Source of the DNA: Candidatus Eiseniibacteriota bacterium
GTDB lineage: Bacteria > Eisenbacteria > RBG-16-71-46
Assembly (NCBI GenBank): GCA_031366795.1
Contig: JANLOX010000451.1
Location: forward strand, 1 to 23,518
Direction: 5' to 3'
Length of the DNA: 23,518 bases
Each line of letters opens with the position of its first letter. Within the stretch, counting starts at the first letter, position 1. This document shows positions 1 to 7,295 of this stretch, one piece after another. A model generated the notes under the pieces. It worked only from the letters and a program-made list of their open reading frames with translations. It made no database searches and was not told the origin of the DNA. Position numbers and translations under genes: made by a program.

Positions 1-235
1 CGAAACTCAAGCGGCGGCCGCCGCAACCGAGCGCTCCAAAGAACTCGACGTCGTCCCGTGGCTACGCGCACTCGGGTTCCGCGGCGAGGATGCGCGGCGG
101 GCGGCGGTGCAGTGCGAGTCGTTCCCGGATCCGTCGCTCGAAGAGCGCGTGCGCAGGGCGGTCGCTTTTCTGGCTCCCCGAGCGATGAAGCAGGACTTCC
201 GGCGCGTCGATACAGGCGAGGGGGCGCCGGCATGA
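1..235 (+). CDS. 3' end of a gene entering from the left; C-terminal RuvA-domain-III-like helical tail (possibly an HNH/DUF222-type protein)
   Basis: Frame +2 is open from base 2 to TGA at 233-235: ETQAAAAATERSKELDVVPWLRALGFRGEDARRAAVQCESFPDPSLEERVRRAVAFLAPRAMKQDFRRVDTGEGAPA*. 'LRALGF...ARRA...LEERVRRA' resembles the RuvA C-terminal ALxxLGF motif. Not in the ORF track because the start is outside the window. The family assignment is from recall only. Confidence 0.55.
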   Translation, partial: ETQAAAAATERSKELDVVPWLRALGFRGEDARRAAVQCESFPDPSLEERVRRAVAFLAPRAMKQDFRRVDTGEGAPA

Positions 236-399
236 GTGGGGACGGCGGGTTGTTTGGAGTTGGGCGGTGGGACCCATGCGGCACGTTGCTTGGCGTCGCG
301 CCACGTGATTGGCGCCTCGACGGGTACAGAGTCGCGCGCAGCGTCTACGGCGCCCGGGTCCCATCGCGTTGCACGCAATCGTCAAGTGATTGTGATGCA

Positions 400-419
400 A
401 ACTGTCCCCGGGGACAGTT
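400..419. repeat. Perfect 20-bp palindrome AACTGTCCCCGGGGACAGTT
   Basis: Read directly; the sequence equals its own reverse complement. It abuts an imperfect inverted repeat at 369-400. Confidence 0.9.
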
Positions 420-618
420 GTCGTGCGAGTCGACGCCCACTCCAGTGTCCGCGCCGATAGTCAGGGATTCGGAGTCTCGCGCACCATCGCGCAACCCACA
501 CCCAGCAACGGTCCGCGCGGACGGGTGCGCTGGGATTCACTCCGACCGCAATGTCCACCGACTCAATGCTCGTAAGCCTGCGCCCACGATCCACGGCGCG
601 AGCGGCGTCACACGCGAA

Positions 619-1188
619 TCACGCCGCGCCGCCGGTCCCGCCGGGCACCCGGCCATTCGCCCTGTGCCGCAGCCAGTCGATGCCCAACCCCAGCAGCACG
701 GCGCCAAACGCCGCCAGCAGCACCCACAGCGGCAAGCGAAACTTCCGCCCGATCAGCGCCAGCACATAAAAGTACGGCACGGTCCCAAGAAACGAGGCGA
801 GCGCGTAGAGCCACACGGGATAGCCGACGACTGCAGCGACCAACTTGAGCGGCGCATCGGGCAGCGGCGTGGCGCGCGCCACGACGAGCATCATGAACGA
901 GGCGGACGGGAAGTTCTTGAGCGCGGCGTCGATCTTGTCGCGCGAGGGGGCGAAGCGCGTCATCCACGGCTGCTTCGCGCTGAGCGCCCAGCGCAGGATC
1001 AGCAACTGCACGCCACTGCCGAGGGCGCTCGCGAAGGCGCCGAAGACCGCGAGCTGCCAAGCCGGATGGAAGCGGCCGTAGGTCAGGACCAGCACCGTCG
1101 AGGTGGCGGCGATCGTGGCGCCGTCGACAAACAAGACCACGCACAGCAACCACAACGACTCGAGGCTGAGCCCCAGGGGCCAGATCAC
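619..1188 (-). CDS. DedA/VTT (SNARE-associated, YqaA/TVP38-like) membrane protein
   Basis: 189 aa, hydrophobic, with DedA-like segments 'AVFGAFASALGS' and 'VVARATPLPDAPLKLVAAVVGYPVWLYALASFLG'. GTG start. Confidence 0.75.
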   Translation of the reverse strand: MIWPLGLSLESLWLLCVVLFVDGATIAATSTVLVLTYGRFHPAWQLAVFGAFASALGSGVQLLILRWALSAKQPWMTRFAPSRDKIDAALKNFPSASFMMLVVARATPLPDAPLKLVAAVVGYPVWLYALASFLGTVPYFYVLALIGRKFRLPLWVLLAAFGAVLLGLGIDWLRHRANGRVPGGTGGAA

Positions 1189-1279
1189 GGGCGCGAACTC
1201 CCACTAACCACCCTCAGGGGCTTAATGAAACGGGCGGCGAGCCCCATGCAGGCCCACCGCCCTGAAGTCGTCCACGCCA

Positions 1280-2785
1280 TCAACTGACCGGCGGTGGCGT
1301 GTCCTGCGGAGGTGATGGCGGCGTGCCGATCCCACTGCCGGCGCCGGGATCGGCCGGCGGCCGGAACGCATCGGGCGGTGAGGGCTGAGACGGAGGCGCG
1401 GGTGTCTCGTGCGGCGGCGGCCAGGGGTTTGCGGCAGACCCCGGCACGTCGGCCATCGGCACATGAGTCGCACTCGCGGCGGCCGCAGCCGTGGCCGCGC
1501 GCGGCTTGCCGAACCGCCGCCCGTTCCAGATCACGTGGAAGGTGCCCATGGCGAATTCCGAGCGCAGTAGCGCTCCCGCTCCGAGGGTGGTCGCGACGGA
1601 AGACGAGATGATTCCCAGCACGAGCATCAAGGTGCCCAGTCCGTGCAGCGGCCCAAGACCACTGGCGCGCAACAATTGGCCCACCACGATCGAGCCCATC
1701 AGCACGCCCACACCGGTCAGCATGCGCCGCATCATCGGGACGCCATGGGGCGCCAAGGGTCCGCCGGCACCCACACCCACTACAGCACCCGCGATGCCGG
1801 CCGGATGCGCGGAGGGGGGCACGCCGGACAGCGCGCCGTCCTGCGTCGCCTTGGATAGCCCACCTCCCAGAAGAGTCGCCGCCACGGTGAAGCCCCACAG
1901 CATCAGCACCGCGAGGAACAGAGCGTATCCGACGAGTGCTGCGACCGCGAGCGGGATGCCGATGATCGTGATGCACAGCAGTGCGACGACGAGCACAAGC
2001 GCGATCAACGAGGGAATGATCAGCGCCCAGATCATCGAGCCGATCCCGAGCGACAGCCCGGGCGAGCGCTTGAACGTCTCCAGCGCAGCCTGGGTACGGC
2101 CCGGGGCGACGCGAACGAACAGCCAGCCGAACAGGATGAGCACCAGCAGCCAGACCAGCGCGCGGGCCACGCGATCGCCGCGGCGGTGCGAGGACATCGA
2201 GTCGCTGTCTTCGTTGTCGCTCTCGCCGTCGCTCGAGTTCATGCGGTGGTTACGGTCACGGATGCTCCACCCGCCTGAATGCCCGGCCGTCACCTTCTGC
2301 CCGCTTACCTGCGCGCCGGGTTCCTCGGTCAGCTGGCCACCCAGGCACACCACGTCGCCATCGACGCGCGCCGTGGACTTGAGCTCGACATCGCCCTTCA
2401 TCGCCACCACGTCGCCTTCGACATGACCCTCGATGGAGATGTCACCGTTCACCGAGCTCAGGTCGCCATGGATCACTTCGTCGGGCGCGACGTGGATGTC
2501 GGAGCCGATCTTCATGATGCCGCGCGAGCGGTCCCTCGGAGTAGACGGCGGATCCGGCGGCGCGGGGGAATCCAGGGTGCTTCCGCCGAACCCGATCGTG
2601 TCGGTCGGGTCGGGCGCCGGCGTGTGCTTGACGATCTTGAGTTTCACGAAGCGCGACACGCTTTCACGAGGAACGGGCTTGAAGTTGAGCACCTCCCCCG
2701 CGGGTGCAACGGCAGGCCATAACGAACCTGCCAGCCCAAGCGCGATCAGCCCCGCGAACAAACTCCCCTTCATCCCGCGTCCCAT
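1280..2785 (-). CDS. Membrane protein with signal peptide, bactofilin-like (polymer-forming cytoskeletal) beta-helix, multi-TM domain and Pro-rich tail
   Basis: 501 aa with RBS GGGAGGA upstream. Repeats 'IHGDLSSVNGDISIEGHVEGDVVAMKGDVELKSTARVDGDVVCLGG', then about 5-6 hydrophobic helices including 'LCITIIGIPLA', then a Pro-rich C-terminus. Confidence 0.75.
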   Translation of the reverse strand: MGRGMKGSLFAGLIALGLAGSLWPAVAPAGEVLNFKPVPRESVSRFVKLKIVKHTPAPDPTDTIGFGGSTLDSPAPPDPPSTPRDRSRGIMKIGSDIHVAPDEVIHGDLSSVNGDISIEGHVEGDVVAMKGDVELKSTARVDGDVVCLGGQLTEEPGAQVSGQKVTAGHSGGWSIRDRNHRMNSSDGESDNEDSDSMSSHRRGDRVARALVWLLVLILFGWLFVRVAPGRTQAALETFKRSPGLSLGIGSMIWALIIPSLIALVLVVALLCITIIGIPLAVAALVGYALFLAVLMLWGFTVAATLLGGGLSKATQDGALSGVPPSAHPAGIAGAVVGVGAGGPLAPHGVPMMRRMLTGVGVLMGSIVVGQLLRASGLGPLHGLGTLMLVLGIISSSVATTLGAGALLRSEFAMGTFHVIWNGRRFGKPRAATAAAAASATHVPMADVPGSAANPWPPPHETPAPPSQPSPPDAFRPPADPGAGSGIGTPPSPPQDTPPPVS

Positions 2786-2800
2786 GGCGTTTCCTCCCGT

Positions 2801-3856
2801 CTAGCGTGCGACGTTGATCGAGCCCGATGCAGTGCGGATGACGATCGCGGTCGTGCCGCGACCCAAGCGCCCGATCACCAGATGATCTCTTGAAATTCGG
2901 TTGAGCAATGGCAAGGCGACCTCGACATCACCACTGCCGGCCTGCGCATCGACGCGACATTCGATCGCGGGCGCGATACGCACCACCACGTCGCCACTGC
3001 CAGCCTGGATGTCCGCGCGTCGCAGCGGCGAAGTCAATGCCAGCTTGGTCTCCCCACTCGAAGTCTCGACACGCACCACGCCACCCGCGCGCGCGGTGAT
3101 TTCTCCGCTGCCGGTGCGGGCAACCAGCCCCAGCCGGGCGAGCCCGACACGGACTTCGCCGCTGCCGGTGTCCACGGTCACGGAGTCCGCCGCAGAGTCG
3201 ATACGAACGTCACCACTGTGCGACCGCACCACGAGCGGGCCGCGCGTTGAAGCCACGACGACGTTGCCGCTCGAGGTGGAGATTGCGCCACCGGCGATGG
3301 TGTCGGCCGTGACATCGCCGCTGCGCGTCTCGATCGTCAGCGCCGCTGCTCCATCGACCTCGATGTCACCGCTCGAGGAGTGCAGGTCCTGCCGCCCGCT
3401 CAGGCCGCTCGTCTGCAGGTCGCCACTGGCGGAACGCAGCGCCAACGCGAGTCCCGGCGGCAATTCGACCGACAGCTGCACGTTTACCTCGGGCCACTCG
3501 AAGTGCCGCACGAGGTCCCACAGGTTGATGTGGATCTCGCGCCGGGCGGGGTAGCGAACCTCGATCTTCAGCACCCCGGAGGCGAGGTCGGCGACCAGCC
3601 GGGTGTCCTCGGCCAACCGGGCCGCTCCCGGGGCCTCGGAATGGCGGACGGTCTTGAGCGCGACCAGATGCACCTGGCCATCGCGGCTCGGGCGCACCGA
3701 GACATCCCCGCTGGGGTTCTCGATCTCAACGCGGGTGAGTCCCCGGGCGTCCCAGTCCCGGCTGCTCTGCTGCCGCAGCTCCTCGCACCGGGCGAGTCCT
3801 GGGACGCCCAGCGCCAGCACCGCCATGAGGGTCATCAATCGTCGGATCACGTTCAT
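2801..3856 (-). CDS. DUF4097 (adhesin-like beta-strand repeat) exported protein
   Basis: Signal peptide (RRLMTLMAVLALGVPGLARC) and many 'SxSGDV/TGSGEV/AGSGDV' repeats. The real start is probably ATG 3856 or GTG 3850 (GGAGG lies 8 nt before the GTG), not 3985. Confidence 0.85.
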   Translation of the reverse strand: MNVIRRLMTLMAVLALGVPGLARCEELRQQSSRDWDARGLTRVEIENPSGDVSVRPSRDGQVHLVALKTVRHSEAPGAARLAEDTRLVADLASGVLKIEVRYPARREIHINLWDLVRHFEWPEVNVQLSVELPPGLALALRSASGDLQTSGLSGRQDLHSSSGDIEVDGAAALTIETRSGDVTADTIAGGAISTSSGNVVVASTRGPLVVRSHSGDVRIDSAADSVTVDTGSGEVRVGLARLGLVARTGSGEITARAGGVVRVETSSGETKLALTSPLRRADIQAGSGDVVVRIAPAIECRVDAQAGSGDVEVALPLLNRISRDHLVIGRLGRGTTAIVIRTASGSINVAR

Positions 3857-3882
3857 TCCCTCCGCTCGCAACTGTCTCTCTC

Positions 3883-3908
3883 TACGAGCGAAACGCCGAA
3901 AGGGTTGC
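3883..3908 (-). promoter_or_regulatory. Candidate ECF sigma promoter GCAAC-N17-CGTA
   Basis: Minus strand reads GCAAC CCTTTTCGGCGTTTCGCT CGTA in the AAC...CGT layout typical of ECF promoters (AAC at 3904-3906, CGTA at 3883-3886). It sits between a terminator and the DUF4097 start. Confidence 0.5.
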
Positions 3909-3966
3909 GGTCGTTTTGCATGCACAGGCCCAAAAAACCATTGGACACAGGAGGGGGGAAAGCATA

Positions 3967-4001
3967 AGGGGGAAGCTCCGGTCACCCGGTGGCTCCCCCC
4001 T
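3967..4001 (-). terminator. Probable intrinsic terminator of the lipoprotein gene
   Basis: AGGGGGGAGC-CA-CCGG-GTGA-CCGG-A-GCTTCCCCCT stem-loop with a GNRA loop, followed by TATGCTTT. It begins about 27 nt after the stop at 4029. Confidence 0.7.
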
Positions 4002-4028
4002 GCTGGACTGGCATCGGTCAGGCGCGAA

Positions 4029-4238
4029 CTACTTGTGCGCCGTAGTGTCCGCCATGTGGCTCATACCGCTGTCCGACATCATTGCGCCGGAATCCGCCGG
4101 CATCGCCGACGTCTCCGCCGGCGGGTTCGTCGTTTCCGTCGTCGTCTCCGTCTTCTGGCTACAACCCACGACAGCCAGGGCAATGGTCAGCGACAGCACA
4201 GCAACCATCGCGAGAGCGAAAAGCTTCCGCATCTTCAC
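4029..4238 (-). CDS. Small lipoprotein with Thr/Pro-rich linker and Met-rich tail
   Basis: AGGAGG RBS 6 nt before the GTG. Signal peptide with lipobox VVG-C. Low-complexity mature part SQKTETTTETTNPPAETSAMPADSGAMMSDSGMSHMADTTAHK. Confidence 0.85.
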   Translation of the reverse strand: MKMRKLFALAMVAVLSLTIALAVVGCSQKTETTTETTNPPAETSAMPADSGAMMSDSGMSHMADTTAHK

Positions 4239-4311
4239 GATTCACCTCCTCTCGAAGTCGCCACGGCCTAAACTACAATCAGCCGCGACCTTGTGTGATT
4301 TTGCATCGTAC

Positions 4312-4349
4312 AAAAAAATGCGGGCACCCCACGTGCGCGGCGTGTCCCG
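4312..4349 (-). terminator. Possible intrinsic terminator
   Basis: CGGGACACGCCGCGCACGTGGGGTGCCCG folds as an imperfect hairpin and is followed by CA-T7. Confidence 0.5.
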
Positions 4350-4440
4350 AACGCGCTGCCTCCCTGAGCGGTTGAATGCAATATTTGCCCATGGAAGCGA
4401 CCGAAATAGGGCGTCCGTTCACTCATGAAAAACGCGCGCT

Positions 4441-4470
4441 AGGCTATGGACGACCGCCCCCCTCTGTCAA
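4441..4470 (-). promoter_or_regulatory. Candidate sigma70 promoter TTGACA-N18-TAGCCT
   Basis: Perfect -35 at 4465-4470 and a TAnnnT -10 at 4441-4446, intergenic. Confidence 0.5.
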
Positions 4471-4518
4471 CCCGCCTTTGAGGAATTCCGCACCGCAGAA
4501 CTTCGCAAATGCCTGACA

Positions 4519-5694
4519 TCAAGCACCCTGAAGCGCCTGCGCAAGATCGGCCTGAAGATCCTCGACGTCCTCGATGCCCACCGACAGTCGCAGCAGCCCA
4601 TCCTTGAAACCGACTTTGAGCCTATCTTCACGCGGCACCGACGCATGCGTCATGGAGGCAGGATGGCACACGAGGCTCTCGACACCGCCCAGGCTCTCCG
4701 CCCGGGTGAACAACGAGAACCGGTCAAAAATTCGCCGCCCGCTCTCGAGCGAGCTGTCCCCGGCGATGAACGAAATGATCGCCCCGAACCCCGAAGCCTG
4801 CCGCTTCGCAAGTTCGTGCTGGGGATGACTCTCGAGCCCCGGGTAGAACACGACGCTCACGGCGGGATGCCCGGCGAGGGAGCGCGCCAGCGTCCTGGCA
4901 TTCTGCTCGTGCTGCCGCATCCGCACGGCCAGCGTCTTCGTACCGCGCAACGCCAGCCAGCAATCCATCGGCCCCGGCACCATGCCCGAGGCGTTCTGGA
5001 GAAAGCGCAACGACTCGGCCAGCGCCTCATCGCTGGTGACCAGAGCGCCGCCCACCATGTCACTGTGGCCATTCAGGTACTTGGTCACCGAGTGCAGCAC
5101 GACGTCCGCGCCCAGGTCGAGCGGGCGCTGGAAGAACGGCGTCATGAAGGTGTTGTCGACGACCAGCTTGGCCCCGCCCGCGTGCGCCAACTGGGCGGCA
5201 GCGGCGAGGTCCGTGAGCTGCAACATGGGGTTCGTGGGGCTCTCGACGAACACATACTTGGTGTTCGGGCGCAGGGCCTGCTGAATGTTCTTGAGGTCCG
5301 TCACCTCGACAAAGCTGAACTCGAGCCCGAAGCGGCGCATTACCTTGTCGAACAGGCGGAAGGTGCCGCCGTAGAGATTCGAGCCGGCGACCACGTGGTC
5401 ACCTGAGGACAGCGTCTGCATCAGCGTCGTCGTCGCCGCCAACCCTGAGCCGAAACAGAAGCCGTGCGCGCCGTTCTCGAGTGCTGCCAGGTTGGCTTCC
5501 AGCGCGAACCGTGTCGCATTGTGGGTGCGCGCGTACTCGAAGCCCTTGTGCTTACCCAGGGCCTCTTGCGCATAGGTCGAGGTCTGGTAGATCGGCACCA
5601 CCACCGCGCCCGTCGTGGGGTCGGGCTCCTGGCCCGCGTGGATCGCGCGCGTGCTGAACCCGGAGCTCTTGGTCAACGAGCTGTTGCCGCCCAC
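4519..5694 (-). CDS. Cystathionine gamma-lyase / gamma-synthase (Cys/Met PLP-dependent transsulfuration enzyme)
   Basis: Motifs TRAIHAG, PIYQTSTY, ESPTNP, DNTF, HSVTKYLNGHSD (PLP Lys), AESLGGVESL and RLSVGIE. The start overlaps the cbs stop (TAGTG). Coupling to cbs favours gamma-lyase. Confidence 0.92.
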   Translation of the reverse strand: MGGNSSLTKSSGFSTRAIHAGQEPDPTTGAVVVPIYQTSTYAQEALGKHKGFEYARTHNATRFALEANLAALENGAHGFCFGSGLAATTTLMQTLSSGDHVVAGSNLYGGTFRLFDKVMRRFGLEFSFVEVTDLKNIQQALRPNTKYVFVESPTNPMLQLTDLAAAAQLAHAGGAKLVVDNTFMTPFFQRPLDLGADVVLHSVTKYLNGHSDMVGGALVTSDEALAESLRFLQNASGMVPGPMDCWLALRGTKTLAVRMRQHEQNARTLARSLAGHPAVSVVFYPGLESHPQHELAKRQASGFGAIISFIAGDSSLESGRRIFDRFSLFTRAESLGGVESLVCHPASMTHASVPREDRLKVGFKDGLLRLSVGIEDVEDLQADLAQALQGA

Positions 5695-7085
5695 TACTGG
5701 CCCCCCACGATGAACTGCAGCATGTCGAACCGCGTCAGGATGCCGGTGACCGCACCCCCGTGGCGCACCAGCACCGCGGGGGTTCCGGTCGCCAGCAGCC
5801 GCGCGACCTCGCCTACCGGCACGTCGCTCGAGACCACCGGCAGCGGCGCCTCCATCATGCTTTCAACCTTGCGCTCGAGCACCGTGGCGTCCTGCAGCAC
5901 GGCCTTGAGGACGTCGCTGTCGTACAGCGTGCCGACCACTTCGGTGCCGCGGAAGACGGGGATCTGGTTGACGTCGTACTTCTCGATCAGGGTCAGCGAC
6001 TCGCGCAGGGCATCGGTGGCCTGAACCGAAACCAACTTGGGCAACTGCCGCCCCTTGGCGGGCGCCACATCGGCGACGCGCGTCACCGCGGGATCGAGCA
6101 GGTGATTGTCACGCATCCATTCGTCGCTGTGGACCTTGCTCAGGTAGCGCTCCCCCGTATCGGGCAGCAGCACCACCACCAGCGCGTCGGGACCCGCCGT
6201 ACGCGCCACTTCGAGGGCGACCCACGCCGCCATCCCGGAAGAGCCGCCAACGAAGATCGCGTCCTCGCGCGCCAGCCGGCGCGCCAGGTTGAGCCCGTCG
6301 CGGTCGTTGCACGAAATCACGCGATCCACCAGCGAGAAGTCCGTGGCGCTGGGGATGAAGTCCTCGCCCACACCCTCGATCTTGTAGGTGTGCGCCTCGC
6401 TCATCTCGCCGGTTTCCTTGTAATGCTTGAGAATCGAGCCGACGGGGTCGGCGCCGACCACCTGGACCTTCGGGTTCTTCTCCTTCAGGTAGCGCGCGGT
6501 GCCCGAGATCGTGCCGCCCGTCCCCATGCCGGCGACGAAGTGCGTGATCTTGCCGGCCGTCTGCTCCCACAATTCCGGCCCCGTCGAGCGGTAATGCGCC
6601 TCCGGGTTCGAGGGGTTGTGGTACTGGTTCATCAGGTAAGCGCCGGGCCGTTCTTTGGCGATGCGCTGGGCCACGCTGTAGTAGGACTCGGGCGAATCCG
6701 GCAGCACCGCGGTCGGCGTCAGCAACACCTCGGCGCCGAACGCCTTAAGCAGGTTCACCTTCTCGACCGAGACCTTGTCGGGCATGCAGAACACGGCCTT
6801 GTAGCCGCGCACCGAAGCGACCATGGCGAGTCCCAGGCCGGTGTTGCCCGAAGTGCACTCGACGATCGTGCCGCCGGGCTTCAGGTGCCCCGCGCGCTCG
6901 GCCGCCTCGACCATCGCCAACCCAATGCGGTCCTTGACGCTACCGCCGGGATTGAAGAACTCGAGCTTGGCCAGGACAGGGCACGGCAGGTCGCGCGCCA
7001 CCCGGCGCAGGCGGACCAGCGGTGTATGTCCAATCGTGTCGAGGATGGATTCGGCGTACTGAACGCCGTCGAGGATCGAACTCAA
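5694..7085 (-). CDS. cbs: Cystathionine beta-synthase with C-terminal CBS (Bateman) domains
   Basis: KLEFFNPGGSVKDR (PLP Lys), TSGNTG, GMGTGGT and YKIEGVGEDF, followed by two CBS repeats. The likely start is TTG at 7085 with GGGAG 8 nt upstream; the ORF-track start at 7202 overlaps the promoter. Confidence 0.9.
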   Translation of the reverse strand: MSSILDGVQYAESILDTIGHTPLVRLRRVARDLPCPVLAKLEFFNPGGSVKDRIGLAMVEAAERAGHLKPGGTIVECTSGNTGLGLAMVASVRGYKAVFCMPDKVSVEKVNLLKAFGAEVLLTPTAVLPDSPESYYSVAQRIAKERPGAYLMNQYHNPSNPEAHYRSTGPELWEQTAGKITHFVAGMGTGGTISGTARYLKEKNPKVQVVGADPVGSILKHYKETGEMSEAHTYKIEGVGEDFIPSATDFSLVDRVISCNDRDGLNLARRLAREDAIFVGGSSGMAAWVALEVARTAGPDALVVVLLPDTGERYLSKVHSDEWMRDNHLLDPAVTRVADVAPAKGRQLPKLVSVQATDALRESLTLIEKYDVNQIPVFRGTEVVGTLYDSDVLKAVLQDATVLERKVESMMEAPLPVVSSDVPVGEVARLLATGTPAVLVRHGGAVTGILTRFDMLQFIVGGQ

Positions 7086-7173
7086 GGCCGGAACTCCCAC
7101 GGCAGGGGTGAGTAAGACCAAAACGCCTCCTGGGACCTGAGGCATCGTGAGCGGCAAGTGATTCGCGAGCCGG

Positions 7174-7202
7174 ACATTAGGTTCGGGTCCCGGGCCGGTC
7201 AA
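7174..7202 (-). promoter_or_regulatory. Candidate sigma70 promoter for cbs-cgl, TTGACC-N17-TAATGT
   Basis: -35 at 7197-7202, -10 at 7174-7179, 17-nt spacer, immediately downstream of a terminator. Confidence 0.55.
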
Positions 7203-7211
7203 GCCGCCGCG

Positions 7212-7281
7212 AAAAATAGTCCCAGCAAAACGCGGCGCCCATAGAGCTTGGGCGCCGCGAGATGCAAGTGAATGCTGGGAC
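7212..7281 (-). terminator. Intrinsic terminator ending the UshA-like/cytochrome operon
   Basis: 11-bp stem CGCGGCGCCCA/TGGGCGCCGCG (7231-7259) followed by TTTT. It is nested in a 9-bp outer stem GTCCCAGCA/TGCTGGGAC (7219-7281) followed by TATTTTT. Confidence 0.8.
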
Positions 7282-7295
7282 CGAACGCGCCGCCG

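Noticed and set aside
4376..4392. Sigma54-like GG...TTGC on the minus strand
   Set aside because: The GG-to-GC spacing is 9 nt rather than the required 10.
4268..4426. 52-codon minus-strand ORF MSERTPYFGRFHGQ...
   Set aside because: No RBS, atypical codon usage, and it runs through a terminator-like hairpin.
7086..7170. SAM riboswitch upstream of cbs
   Set aside because: No recognisable SAM-I or SAM-II consensus, and the leader is short.
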